A DNA stretch of 64,000 nucleotides from Octopus vulgaris. Its lineage: Eukaryota. How positions within the stretch are numbered: position 1 is the stretch's first letter; each line of letters begins with the position of its first letter. The notes under the pieces are model-generated. The model made no database searches and was not told where the DNA came from. It saw nothing but the letters and a program-made list of their open reading frames with translations. The stretch is from NCBI GenBank assembly GCA_951406725.2, contig OX597814.1, positions 41,974,001-42,038,000 on the forward strand, given 5' to 3'. A program made the position numbers and the translations under genes. This document shows, one piece after another, positions 28,554 to 43,074 of the stretch.

Positions 28554-29839
28554 TCTTGTAAATATACTATATTGCATACCGTATAACTAATTTGATTTCC
28601 TTCAGCTGCGCTCTACCTGCACTCGTAGTTTCAATAAATCATTTTCTTATACAGAATTCATGCGCTTCTTAATCTTTTCAAACTTACCCTTACTGGCAAA
28701 AAAGTGATTTCATGAAAATGTTCACCTTTATTTCTTCTTCTCATCATCATATAAAATTTGAGTTTATTTTTAAAAAATATTAATGTGTTTGTGTGCACAT
28801 TATGCCGATTCTCATCACCGATGCAGACACTAAAATGTCGTTCCTTCTTAAACATGATATAAAATTTGTGAATGAATTAGGTCTGGAATTAGATCTTGAG
28901 CACTTGACATAATTTTCTCTCTGTTGTCAAGTACTCTTCCCACTGCGGAGTTGCACGATTTTATGTTTGGACAATATAACTTAGTTTTATTTCAACATCA
29001 AATAGTTTTTAAACAACTGGTTTAATATTTAATATAATACATTTAGAGTTCCTTTTCGCATTACTGCCTTTATATCTAATTGATAGCTTCTTTACAATCA
29101 TTTTAAATTGAAGGGCAAATTCAACAGTATCGGGGATTAATTATCCACAACAAACATGTAGTAAAACAATTAGTCCAAGAAAGATCTGACATGTGAGAGA
29201 GGAGGTTGTTTTTTTTCCTGTCACTGCAATATTGGAAGTGAGATGAAAAGCTAAATGACTGGGGAAGAGAGTAATATATGATTACAGTAACCCGAATGTT
29301 CACCAGATTTTATAGACAATTCGTCCTTTGCACATTTAACTTAAGAAAAATAAATACAGATGCACACTCATACACAAATACACACACATACACACAGATT
29401 CTCTCTCACCCTCTCTATCCCCTCTCTCCCTCTTTCTCTCATGCACATATGGACACACGTATTCATACACAACAATGTATTACCATACATGCTAATACTT
29501 GTTGTAGCTAGCTGGATTAAAAAGTTGGTTTTTTAATAGTATGAATGGTGTGTGTTGCATTAGTTTGGATTTTAGTGACGGTAGGCGAGTATTGTTGCTA
29601 TTTTAGTGGTTATATTGTTCTAACTAAATGTATTGTTGTGACTTTTTAATCTCAAGTCAATACTCATGGACTTATGACATTTCATTCAACATATTATAAC
29701 TTTTTTATTTGAAATGGATTTGCTTACCTACTTCATAGTATATTGCAGACCGTAATCCTAATATAATGGTCATAATCTACAGTTCCTGTTAGGGTGAAAC
29801 CCCGTTACATTTGTTAATTGCAACACGGAAGTACTTGTG

Positions 29840-29963
<124 letters not shown>

Positions 29964-30284
29964 TAAAATGTATAAAGGTCAACTTTCAGGAATGATAATG
30001 GTTTATTGACGCTGAAGGTTGTAAAGTTTTCCCATATCGACGTTAGATAAGCTGAAAAATGTTACAGCTGCGTTGGGTGTGTATAGAATAAAATCTCCTG
30101 CAAGTTAACATAGGATCCCTTGATAAGTATGTAGACTTCATTTGATTAAGATATCTTTGGCCCAACGTGTAACTAGCGGATTACCCCTGGTTTGGTCAAT
30201 AACTACCTCCAAGCTTCAGCAAGCGATGAATCATTGCTTGGATTTTTTCTACTCCGTTCCCTAATTTTGTATATATATATACAT

Positions 30285-30374
<90 letters not shown>

Positions 30375-30672
30375 CGATCATTTCAGAAATAATCTATATC
30401 TGCGTTATGATGTGGAATATATTGGCGTGTATGAATTGTACGCAATGATTTGAAATAAATATTTTAATTCAAACTTACTTTCATTTATGACAATAGTTGT
30501 TAAACAAGAAAGGGTTTTATAAAACTTTATTCGCGTTTGAATTAATGATTATTTACAACATGGAATTGATAAATCCTTTTTCTCGACAAAAACTAAGGAA
30601 CAAAAAATGCAATAATGTTGTACTTAATTTGGCATAACGTCTTAGAAGGAAGCCAATATCTAAGAGATGGGA

Positions 30673-31035
30673 AGGCGGCGAGCTGGCAGAAACATTAACA
30701 TGCCGGGCGAAATACTAAGCGGTATTTCGTCTGCCGCTACGTTCTGAGTGCAAATTCCGCCGAGGTCGACATTGATTTCATCCTTTCGGGGTCGATTAAA
30801 TAAATACCAGTTACGCACTGGGGTCGATATAATCGACTTACTCCGTTTGTCTGTCCTCGTTTGTCCTCCCTGTGGTTAGCCCATTGTGGGTAGTAAAGAA
30901 ATAGGTATTTCGTCTGTATTTACGTTCTGAGTTCAAATTCCGCCGAAGTCGACTTTCATTCTTTTGGGGTTCGATAAATTAAGTACTAGTTGAATACTGG
31001 GATCGATTTAAATGACTGGCTCCCTCCCCCAAAAT
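30673..31035 (+). mobile_element. SINE family B, young nested/dimeric copy
   Basis: Head ggcggcgagctggcagaa, B-box-like gagttcaaattcc, body tttcatcctttcggggtcgattaaat..taccag. The body occurs twice, and ggtatttcgtctg is present at both 30721 and 30904. Confidence 0.9.
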
Positions 31036-31159
31036 TGTACAACAGAGTATTAAAGAGGTGGAATTTCCGTTTCCGATGGACTATATAAATGAATGTACAG
31101 ATATATAGACAGGGTAACACTTTTTGTCTCCTGTTGTTATGGTGGTTAAACAACAAGAA

Positions 31160-31223
<64 letters not shown>

Positions 31224-31280
31224 GTCGTCGTCGTCGTCATCGTCTTTTTCTTTTTCGTCAGCGTCGACGTCATCATCGTT
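31160..31280. repeat. (CAT)n/(CGT)n microsatellite
   Basis: Direct observation. Confidence 0.95.
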
Positions 31281-31419
31281 TGTGTGGTCGTTGATCTCAT
31301 TGTCACCTTTTTCTTCTGATTATCCAATATATTATCATTATTGTTTAATATAAAATATAGTATGTTATCATGACACTAAGTCTACTCAAATCCAATGCAT
31401 TTCTCAATATGTGTTTGCA

Positions 31420-31860
31420 TGTTTTAGGAAGAATTTTTCCCCACCATTTGTCAATATTTCTCTCACTTCTAGTATACTTCAGATTCATTGGTTGCAGTTG
31501 TCGGTGTGCTATCGTGTGTATAATTTATGATAGAAAAACTCTCCATCTCACCTGATATCTATCAATTTCCCCAATTTCATTCTCTATACTCTCAACGAAA
31601 TGCTCATAAAATGTTTGCATTGCTATCTTCCAAAATCATAACGGGTTCTTCATCTGTAAGATGATATCCTGTAGGGAAATTTCTTAACATCTTCTAATTG
31701 TCTTTCCGTCACTTCGATCCAATAGTATCCCAATTCTCTATTTTATTAAACTTCGTCATATATGCACATGCAAAGGTTTTGCGCTAGATTACTACATTCG
31801 CCTACCAAAGACCTCATAATACCACAACTTTTCCCATATATTCTTCATGAGCCATCTCAC
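31420..31860 (-). mobile_element. Very old RLE-LINE (R4/Dong-like) fragment
   Basis: Minus strand: YGKSCGIMRSLVGECSNLAQ (zinc-knuckle-like) and EPVMILEDSNANIL (compare ENRNAKIL in the element at 1-870). Confidence 0.4.
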
Positions 31861-34254
31861 TGACGTTTATCGATAATTGTCCACTATCTTGTAATGACCT
31901 GTACCATTACTTTTCATGCAGTAGCATGTTATGGTGAGTGTACAATATGAATATTATTGTTAGAATTTGTTGCATTCATAATTTTGTGTTAAGCTAAGAC
32001 TAGATTTAAGTCGAAAAATTGCTAGAATATGTATCTGTACTGAAGTCAGCTCAGCCCTTCATCATTGCGTGGTCTTTTATATGGGATGTTAATGGTACTA
32101 CTTTCCTAAGATTTGTGGGTTTGATTCTAAGAAATATTAGCATAATATTACTCACAATCACTGTAACGAAATGTACATACAATCTGTAAATTCTTTTCGA
32201 ATACTTCATAGCAGATCTATCAATATATTGATACACACATGTACATAAAACCAAACAACATTATGAAGAGATTTGTAGAAAACATATTTGCCAGCAGTAC
32301 GTGCGCAGTAAATACTCATTCATATAGGATGAGCTTGTATGAACAAACAATGAATGAAATTCACATACGTTGTAATAGAACATGAATAATCGAAGATATA
32401 CATACCCCCATGGTCATAATGGTTTTGTACCAATCATCTCAAACATCTCGCTTTGCTAGGATCGCTTTGTTATATGTTCTTTCTGTCAGACTTATTGAAG
32501 GAAAACTTAATTTCAAAACACGAAAGTTTTATTTAGTACTTCCTTTTTTTCGGAAATCAATATACTATTTCTCACACTTTTTACTTTATGTTCTGCACGG
32601 TTATGTCTGTCATCTTAGATTTTCCTTTATATTACTTTTTTAAGTATATCGATCAATAATTACGGGATTTAAAGTAGATATTTAAAGGGGGGAATTTTGA
32701 TACCTATTGGGAATATAATTCTTTTCTTTACTAAATTAGCCTCTCCAGATATTAGTAACGGAAGAATTGCTACATCTTATGTTACTTGTATTCTTATTGT
32801 TATATGCTTATACAGTTAATTACATACAATGTATTATAACTCATTGTGCAATATAATATTATCACTGAATTGAGGCGAATCGGTAAAGAGGTTTGAAGGT
32901 ATACTATACTTTTCTAATTAAATTTCATTAATATGGAGCCAAATGCTCCACTGACTGACGCAGGGGTTTGAATGTCATGTAAAGAGCTAAATCATTTTCC
33001 ATCGGATTTTGTAATTATTCATTAAAATATCCAGAAAAAATTAAAGGATACACTTACGCATAATTTACGAGATACACTTATTATGGTTTGAGATATTCGG
33101 AATATAAACGAATCAATTTGGCAAAGCGAGTAATGAAACTGAATTAGAATTGGAAGTAAACGACTCTTTTAGTGTTTTCTTTCAAATTAAAGAAAGAAAG
33201 AGAAATATTTATGAAGCCCGTTCAAAATGTGTAAAGGAAAAATGAAACAAAATTTCTATTTGAAATAAAATAAACGAAATAATCGATAAAATTAGACACA
33301 TGTCACTTGGGAAATAATAAATTTCTTTCGGCGTTATTTTTATCATTCGTTTTTCGTTCACTTGTCTTTAAAGTGTATTTAGTTTTTGGCTTTCATTTCA
33401 CCTAGAACCTAATTTTAATTGCAGTATGCATAATTTACACTGTGTCTTCATCTAAAACGACTCACATTACCATCAGTTAATGATAAAAAGGAAAAGCTGT
33501 GCAGCCGAAATACTAGAAAATAAATGATTAATTACAGATTATGGTAACATGCCATTAAATATAAGTTTAAAAATATAAAAAAGAAGAAACACCTATTGGA
33601 GGGAAATTAAAAAAAAGTACTCAGATATTCACGAAAAACTTACTCATTTCTTTTAAGCTAAACAAATGCTAGTAATTCAGTGCAGATTGTGTTTAATTTT
33701 GGAATATAAAATGGCATCTTGGAAAGAATTCAGTTGTGAACATATTTAAAGTGTAATGCATCGATCTTAGCATTTTCTTTGATTTTGATTTAATGAGACA
33801 CAGGAGCCATTGAGGATAAGAAAAGGTGAAACTATCAACTCTAGTAATCATTCTATTGTCTTCGTCAGTGATTGTTGTCAATTTACAAGAAACGTGATAT
33901 GGTTGCAAAGCGGGAATGCTTTTCTAATTCTATAACTTTGAAGACAGCAGATGTTATGACATGCAAGAGATCTCAGCAATTAAGACCATCTAAATATTCA
34001 TAAGGCCATTTATATTGACAGTACCTGAAGCGTTAGTTAGAAAGTGAATAAGGCTTGACATATTTTTCGTATGCTGATTGTTGTTTACGTCAATTATTAT
34101 TCAAATTCGGGAGTTCTAATTAGTAGGAAAATATCAGTGAGATTTCTAAATAGTTACAAAGTATTTCCGAACCATTTAAACTGTACTGAACAGACACCAA
34201 TTCTCACCCATAAGCACACACATGTATACATATACATATATAGATATGTATATA

Positions 34255-34306
<52 letters not shown>

Positions 34307-36607
34307 CATATTTTTTTGTTTGGAGTCCGCATTTACGTTATTATCTCTTCTGCTTTACAGCTATGTATTTCGACAGCAATTTATGCCTTTCCTTAGAACT
34401 TATATCGAATGATGCAAATACAATCTTTTGTAGGTCAGTATTGTTGGATGTCAGTAATATTAGATATGTTACATTGCAAGGCTACCAAATTCTCGATTTA
34501 CCACTCATCCATAGTCTATATATTCAAAAATAAAAGAGCACACTCATTCGTCTGATCTTACAAACAATTAGTATGCACATTTTCGGTCCTGTGTTTCTCC
34601 TTTGAAGCTCCAAACTTCATTCACTCTTAAAATGTTATTATAAAATATTTCATGACGCAACACAATCTCTTTGTACCGGGATTTAAATTATTGATTTCAT
34701 TGTGACAATTTAGATAGGGGGAACAGATAAAAAGAATACACGATAGTCACTTTTATATGATAAACGGTAGACGGAAAAGAAACAGCTCCCAACAGCGATG
34801 AAAACTGTTTTCACGAACACTACTGGAAACTTCACACCTATTCCCAGGAAACATCAAACGGAACGAAACCATACACTTACCTAACATTTTGCAGGAATAT
34901 TTACTATATTACTATAAGTGTTGTTCTATCTTCCAGATGAGTATATGCTGAGTTCACAACCAATAAAATGTATGTTTCCCTATGATAACACTAGCTCACA
35001 GTGTCTAGAAACAACATTACTAGTTAAATGACTTTCAATAATCACTCATTAACGGAAAGATAATTTATAAATAGGAAATACAGATTCACTTTAGAAATAT
35101 AGGAAGAATACGCGTTGTCATAATATTTCAATCATTCATCTTTAGTATCACTTTGGAATGAATAGTGCACAGATATGTTTAATGCTTGTTAAAAATATTT
35201 ACAGATTACACACAGGTACGAGTGCATATTAAAACGCTAACTAGGCTTTCAAGAAATGTTTTGAGTGTTGAGAATAGTATTCGGTCTGATAATAACCAGT
35301 TACACAACTGTGCCTCTGTCCATTCCTGTCCACTTTCGAAATATCTGTTTATTACAGAAATTGAAGCTTACAGACAGTAGTGAAAGATTGAGCTAGCTTA
35401 AGGAACGTACGGTTCAGATTAGTGAAAGACGAAAATCATTTATGAAACTTGCGGAAACGTATACCACAACTATTTCAAGTAGATCTCAAAATCATGAAGG
35501 GAAGATAAAGTCACATATATGATAATGAGGTTAGTGTTTGAATTTGCCTAATCATAGCGTAGAGCACCGCAATTGTGCTTTTAGTGCACTTTGGAATATA
35601 GCTTTCATTGGTGCACGCTCTTAAGTTACAGATGTTACGAAATGACCATGTACAAATGTATGCATGCATGTATGTGTGTGTCTATCTATATCATTCATTA
35701 TATCGGCGTGTATGTATCCATATATGCTTGTATATGCATGTTTGTAAGTATTATATGTATGTATACATACGCATACACACATATACATTCATATCTGTGA
35801 GTGCCTGAGTGCCTATTTAATCAATGCATATGGAGATAAAAATGCATGTGGAATTTGTTCTGCCTTTCAGTTTAAGCATTTAATGGACACGCACATCCAT
35901 TATACGTTCGTCGTTGCACCCGATTCCATACAATTCGACAGGTTCCGGAACGGTGAGCAACCTTTTAAACCCAATTAATAATTAAAATGAATATGGAAAA
36001 TATTTCCGTTAGTCCTTAAGTAAAATCTGTAAACGTTATCTCTTCGTACGGCATGTGCTGTAATAGATAATAATTGTTAAATTATCGGATTATTCGTTTA
36101 ACTGACATATTTTAAAATCGTTAATATATAATAATACTCTAATAGAAATAATTCAAGAAATAATGATGATTTCTAACTAAGGAACATGAGCACAATGATT
36201 CGTAAATAGGGCTATTTAGTGGAGGGGTAAACTGAAATCCATCTAGTAGCTGAGTGCTGCAATGTTATCAAACAAGAGAGAAAATTGTTAGGTATTTCAC
36301 GGGTGGTTTGGGGTCCAGAGTGTACCGGACGTACACAAATATACGCAAGCTAATGTTTCTGCCAAATCTCCTGAGTATGATACGCATAAACAATAAAGGC
36401 AACCAGAAATTGAATTAGGGTTTAGTATTCAATACACTATAATACATACACACACATGCATATTGCATGCACACACACATATACATACACGTCTCGGTGG
36501 CATTGGATCTCAGAAAGAAAGAGAGTCGAAATGCTGGAAAAAAGTTTTCCTCAATTTGTGGAAGGTCTTGTCAGCTTGCTGCCTTAAATACTGTATACAG
36601 TTATTGT

Positions 36608-36866
<259 letters not shown>

Positions 36867-37149
36867 GCTATTAAACGTATCTGAAATAACCAAAATTATA
36901 TTATCTCGAAGAAAAAATTCATCTGATAGAAATGTCTAGATCGTTAGAAAATTATGGTAGGGCAGAACGATACCACATTCACAAAATGTACAAATATCCA
37001 GTCAAAACATTTGTGAAGATTAGAAAGGATGGATTACATACAATGTAGATAAACCAAAATTGGTCGTCAATAGATAGTTATCATAATTGCTTTAATTGTG
37101 TTATACAGAAATCCTGTAATATATTTTATAATGTGTATAATGACTGATT

Positions 37150-37605
37150 TAAAATTTTGGTACGAGCCCTCAACATTTTTTGTTTAATTTTTATCTTTTT
37201 GGGCGCGTTTAAGCTGAATATACAGACTTCAGAGCTAAACTGGAACGTATTTAATTCGAACGAATAAAAATCAACGTCGCTGGAATTTTAACTCATGGTG
37301 TAAAGATGGTTGAAATGCGGATAAGCATTTTGTGAGGCTGCTAGCGTTTCCCTCAGCTCGTCACTTTAAATAATGTATAACTATTGGTTTAAAATTTTAG
37401 AAATAGAATCGAAATTGTTGGTGTTAGGGTTAGAAATCCATTAGATAGACTCCAGTACTCAACTGGTACTTATTTCCTTATGACCAAAAAGACAGGATCT
37501 CAGAAAGAAAGAAAATCGAAATGCTGAAAAAATATTTTTTTGAGTTTGTGAACGGTTTTGTCAGCTTCTTGCATTGCCTTAAACACTGTTTCTATACAGT
37601 TATTG
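37150..37605 (-). mobile_element. Two adjacent degenerate SINE family B copies
   Basis: gaattttaactca..gaaatgcggataagcatttt..cagctcgtcacttt, then gactccagtactcaactggtacttattt..ctcagaa..gaaatgctg..gcctta. Confidence 0.6.
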
Positions 37606-40214
37606 CTATATGTATTACACTGAGCCAAGACAAAAAAAAAAACAAAAAAAAAAACAATAAAAACATTTCATGTGGTCCGTAATTATCATTAATATGTAAG
37701 ATGTAAGGGTTTATTGGTTATAAATAATTTTAATTTAGTTTCTTTTAATATTAATTTTAACCTAGTCTAATACTGAAATCCAAAGTAAAGCTTTATTTAT
37801 AAAACGTGAAAATGATGTCTTAATAGCTATCTACATAACAAAAATAACTGAAACATGGTGAGGTGATATATACGACTCATCATAAAAGTAGATTGTCTAG
37901 ATTTTGATGATTCTAGCTTAACATAATTAAAGATTAATCTGAATCGCTCTGCTTTTCCGACTCATGCAAAGAAATGTAATTATAACATCCGTCGTAAAAT
38001 TATATTTAAGATCAGGTTCACTGTGTGCAATAATTGTTATTCTTTGTGCGTATCATATCAACCACAGAAATGCAAAATTTTCCAATTAAATAATTAAACT
38101 GAAATACATGCTATAAACAACAACAAAAAGAATGATTCAACTGCCTTTAAATCATAAATATATATATATATATATATACAGTCAGACACATATGTGCATA
38201 TGAACATTAGATTTTAACATATATTAAACTTCATGGGTTACAATTGTTTCATCGCATTATAGATGACTAATAACACATTGTGTCTATAGACAATGATGGT
38301 AACGAATATTTCGTCTTATATACTAAGTAATGTATATTATTTAATAGCACTAGTGGTCATTTTATTAGTACCAACGGTATAAATATAATAAATTGTACGA
38401 TTTGTTTCTCGTGCTTAAATATGAACTCATCATTTGATTACATATTATGTCCAGTCGCCTATATATATATATATATGCACGCAGACACACACGTATTCAT
38501 ACATACATGCATATATATATATATATAAAATATATATATGTATATACATTATATATATATATATATTTTATTTTATAAGATGCCTTCTAATATTTAGTTA
38601 TTGTTCTTTATGTTCCGAACTGAATAATCTCTTCTTTCTCGGTCGAGAACAGTAAGTATTCGTATAATACTAGTGTCCATCGAATAACGTAAAACAAATC
38701 CACACCACCAGTAAATGGGGCCTTGTGCATCTACAACAATGTCTTTTATTGCGTGTTTCATAGATTGGAAATACAACTAGTGTGGTGTTCGTTACATTAG
38801 TGGCATTTTTTTTTACTAAATACTGAATTTATAATCAGTGTGTCATTTGATATATTCTGGTTTATGCAATGAAGAAAATATGACCACGTACTATTGCAAC
38901 CGGCTTCACCCACATTTTACCGCATATAAAATATTGAAATGACCTTAACCTGTGTCTGAAATTCAGTCGGAATGCGTGCAGAATAGATAATAATCTACCA
39001 AACAATTTTACATTAGAAAAATTTAAAGCAAAACAGCTCTAATAAAACTACGTCCGTTTTAATAACATGATATGTTAATAATATTGGACAATGACATCAT
39101 GCAAACCTTCATCATGCGGAGACATAGAATTTGATGAAGAATTGGATTTGGTGAGAAATCCTACACGAAAGCGACAGGCCTATGAGAATACAGTGACAAA
39201 TTAAACTTGCAACAATTCCACGTAATCATCCATTTGTTTTTTTAATGCAGCCACAACAGACAGTCCCAAAGGAAATTCCACAAAGCCTTTTGCATTATTA
39301 CTACTTCTTTAAACCAGATTTATGAAATTCTCTTGTCGTTGTTACTGCTGTTGATGTTATTAATCTAAGCAGCGCAGACTGCCGTTAAGCTAATACCATT
39401 CACATGGACATTCTCACCACCATTAATACCATCATCATCGTCTTCTTCGCCTTTATAATCCTCGTGATCATTGTCGTCGTCAGCGCCGCCTTCATCGTAA
39501 CCCACGTCGTCGTTGTATTCGTCGTCGTCAACATCATCATAAAATCGAATCAATGGCATGATTAATGCTTCCATGTGACGCATGAAATTACTCATTTTTC
39601 AACAAATGAAGATGTTAATAAAGAATGAAAGGAGAGAAATTTACAAACATCTTCACAGTGGATTAAGTGCATTGAAAATGTGACATTTTGAAAGATATTT
39701 GTTTGACGAGAGGTGGAAATTTTATACAAGAGGACAGCATGACTTGTAGTGTCTAATTACGATCTTTCGTTTTGTATGTTCAAACACTGCTAGGAGATTG
39801 TTTTTGTTGTCCATTTTGTAAATAGAATAATTACCAGTTATATACATGGGATAATTAAATCGACTACATATTTGAACCTTGTTGTGGGAGGACATATTGT
39901 TTGAAGTGAGAGATAAAATACATTTCAGTAATTATATGTTATATGCAAGCATATATATTCTCGAAAAATTTGACATTCTCTTTTATCTTTACTGTGGTCA
40001 TAAAAAAATACGCTATGAAGTTTACGTGCAACGTTCATTTAATGTGTTCTAATACTAGAGTTAAAAATATCTCTAATTTATCCCGTGGCTAATCAAGTAA
40101 TACGTTTTTAAATACTGACGATGTGTCAGTCTATTGTACTCATATCAAAAACTATTTCTTATTTCTTTCGTATACGTTCAAATTTGTTTTTGTTAGTAAT
40201 AACAAACTGTCTTT

Positions 40215-40310
40215 CTCCTCCGGTAAAATTTGAACTCAGGATGTAGGAGCAGACGAAATACAGCTAAGCAATTCGCCCGGGGAGCTAGCGATTCTACGGC
40301 TGTCGCTTTA
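40215..40310 (-). mobile_element. SINE family B 5' half
   Basis: aatttgaactcaggatgtag..cagacgaaatacagctaagcaattcgcccgg..gctagcgattct is the reverse complement of the family B head. Confidence 0.75.
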
Positions 40311-40372
40311 GTAGTAATATTGATAATAGTACATGCATATATGTGTGTGTGTGTAGATAGATAAATAGGTAT

Positions 40373-40411
40373 GTAGTAGTAGTTGTAGTAGTAGTAATAA
40401 TAGTAGTAGTG

Positions 40412-40470
<59 letters not shown>
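40373..40470. repeat. (TAG)n microsatellite
   Basis: Direct observation. Confidence 0.97.
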
Positions 40471-40471
<1 letters not shown>

Positions 40472-40472
40472 T

Positions 40473-40712
40473 GGAGGCACGTGGCTTAGTGGTTAGGGTG
40501 TCAGCATCATGATTGTAAGATTGTGGTTTTGATTCCTGGACCGGTCGACGCGTCGTGTTCTTGAGCAAAACACTTCATTTCACGTCGCTCCAGACCATAC
40601 AGCAGCCAAATATGAGTAACGCTGCGATGGACTTTCTGGGGAATACATGCGCCATTGAAACCGGGAAACCGGGCCCATGCGCCTGGCTAGGCTTTGAAAG
40701 GGCGCATTTATT
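40473..40712 (+). mobile_element. tRNA-derived SINE, family C, embedded in (TAG)n
   Basis: A box TGGCTTAGTGG, B-box-like GGTTTTGATTCC, then gtgttcttgagcaaaacactt and gctgcgatggact (motifs resembling conserved SINE central domains). Confidence 0.8.
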
Positions 40713-40732
40713 TAGTAGTAGTAGTTTTTGTA

Positions 40733-40768
<36 letters not shown>

Positions 40769-40778
40769 GTATTAGTAT

Positions 40779-40810
<32 letters not shown>

Positions 40811-40854
40811 GTAGTAGTAGCGGCGGCAGAAGCAACATCAGTAACGGCGATGGA

Positions 40855-40892
<38 letters not shown>

Positions 40893-40942
40893 TAGTAGTA
40901 GTTGTTGTTGTTGTTGTAGTAGTAATAGTAGTAGTCGTAGTG
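40713..40942. repeat. (TAG)n/(CAG)n/(TTG)n compound trinucleotide repeat
   Basis: Direct observation. Confidence 0.95.
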
Positions 40943-42024
40943 GCAACTACGACGTTAACAAGCACGGTAACAGCAGACCAATAGCTAAGGGACTGTAATA
41001 AAATATTGTTGATGATTCTTAGAATTATGAAGAAAAAAAAAAAAGCAAAAACAAAACTCGTGGTGGCCAACCAATTTACATATCATCACAACTCTATACA
41101 CCTATTTAGGTTTCTTAGCGAAGAAGGTAAATAGAAAACAGCTTTACTGATATAATGAAAAATCGATGTTACACAGGAAATCTCAGAGAAATAAGGCGAA
41201 GACATAAACATATTAAGTAGGGCAGCATCGAGCAGTAAACTAAGAAAAAAGGGAGGAAAAAATAAAAGAAATATACCATAGTACACGAAAGAAACATTCT
41301 ACGGTGAAATCTTTGAGAAAGTAATCTGTCAATAAATATGTTCAACAATACTAACAATATGAGAGGAAATTATTCCTCACCTAAAGATTTTACAACGCTG
41401 CAAGCATTAAGTAGGTCAACACTAATAGGTTTTTCAAGCAGCATGTTTAATATCGTTTGGCATAAATAAGCAGTGAGAAAAAAACAAAAATCATTAAAAC
41501 TAGCATTATTGAACAATGAAAAGAATTAATTCGGAAAATAAGACAAGGGAAATAATTCATGTTGAGAAAGATAAACATTATAAAATGTTTTTTCTATCTC
41601 TCTCTTTCACACACATTATATAAATATGTGTGTCTGTTTATGTGCGTGTATATATATATATATAATGCCTGTGCATATTTATCTAATGAATGGTATAGGT
41701 ATATACCATTAACTGAGCGAAGTAAACTCTGGTTTAATAGCTCAATAATTTCTTTGTGAAATGATGTTTTGCTAAAACTATACCCTTACTTCCTAAAACC
41801 ATATTACTTTTCTTGAAATTAATTTCATCGATGTTAGAAGTAAAAAAAAGAACAATGACATTGTTTACACATTAAGAAATCGATTAATTTACTTTAGATT
41901 TCAGTAAAATAGATTTAAAGTACACTTGACTAAATCCATAAAAGACAACTCATTCTACGTAAATGAAGTTACACTCCTCGAACTGTTGGTATTTAAAAAA
42001 GATATGCACACAAATGCATATATA

Positions 42025-42027
<3 letters not shown>

Positions 42028-42090
<63 letters not shown>

Positions 42091-42093
42091 TGT
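42028..42093. repeat. (TG)n microsatellite
   Basis: Direct observation. Confidence 0.97.
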
Positions 42094-42728
42094 GCGAGCG
42101 TGTAAGTAAGTATGAATGCGCTTACATAAACATTACGGACTACATATATTTTATGCACACACCCCGCTAGTTCGCCAGTAGGATGCATATCAGCTCGGTG
42201 GGGATGGCTCTTTCAAATTACCGGTTGCTAGAAGAACTGACAGACAGGCAAAACAACTCGCCCCAAATCGTTTTCAGGAGCTATGGACGCCATTTTTTGC
42301 GATTATCAATTTCGCATACCTACAGGAAATCCGAAGCGAATTGAACCGCCAGTCTATGATTATATACAAATAGTATAAAATTCATTTGCTGATATGTCAC
42401 AAAGATGCATACGTAAGTATAAATTCGAATATGATTTAGCTTTAATGCTGTAAACTACTAGCGTTAGTGATGTAAACATTATCGACCACGCATTCTCAGT
42501 GTAGGTGTTCTGCCTCGTCACCTATTTCCTGCGTTTAGCGTATGGGAGATGTCTCATTCGAAGCGCGCCAGGTTTTAAAACACCTGAGAGGTATAGACGG
42601 GGCGACGTACTTCCCTAATTCACTACCAGGGAATAACAAAAGCACATACAATGGATCTGTGTGGTCGATTATTTTTTCAAAACCAGCGCTGTTTACAATA
42701 CACACTCACACACATAAACATACATACA

Positions 42729-42762
<34 letters not shown>

Positions 42763-42774
42763 CATATATACATA

Positions 42775-42846
<72 letters not shown>

Positions 42847-42850
<4 letters not shown>

Positions 42851-42970
42851 TATAAAAGTAGATAAATGGTACAACAAGGCATCAATATTTACTGGAAAAT
42901 AGCAATCGATATAAATACGACGCTATTGTATTTATACGTGCCTTGTGCCATTTATCTACTTTTATATGTA
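42847..42970. repeat. Fold-back mini-element next to (TA)n
   Basis: tacatataaaagtagataaatggtacaacaaggcat ... gtgccttgtgccatttatctacttttatatgta; a solo arm lies at 47672-47702. Confidence 0.85.
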
Positions 42971-43025
42971 TAATTTTACACTTATGGGACTATCATTTAC
43001 TGGAAAGTTTGTATTGCATTATTAT

Positions 43026-43063
<38 letters not shown>

Positions 43064-43074
43064 TTAGATATGTT

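Noticed and set aside
37424-37433. TTAGGGTTAG telomere-like word
   Set aside because: Fewer than two units; chance occurrence within a decayed SINE region.
39365-39595. Acidic D/E-rich minus-strand ORF
   Set aside because: Degenerate (CAT/CGT)n repeat with no supporting gene structure.
40555-41070. Ser-, Thr-, Val- and Leu-rich ORFs (mucin- or signal-like)
   Set aside because: Translations of (TAG)/(CAG)/(TTG) repeats plus SINE sequence.
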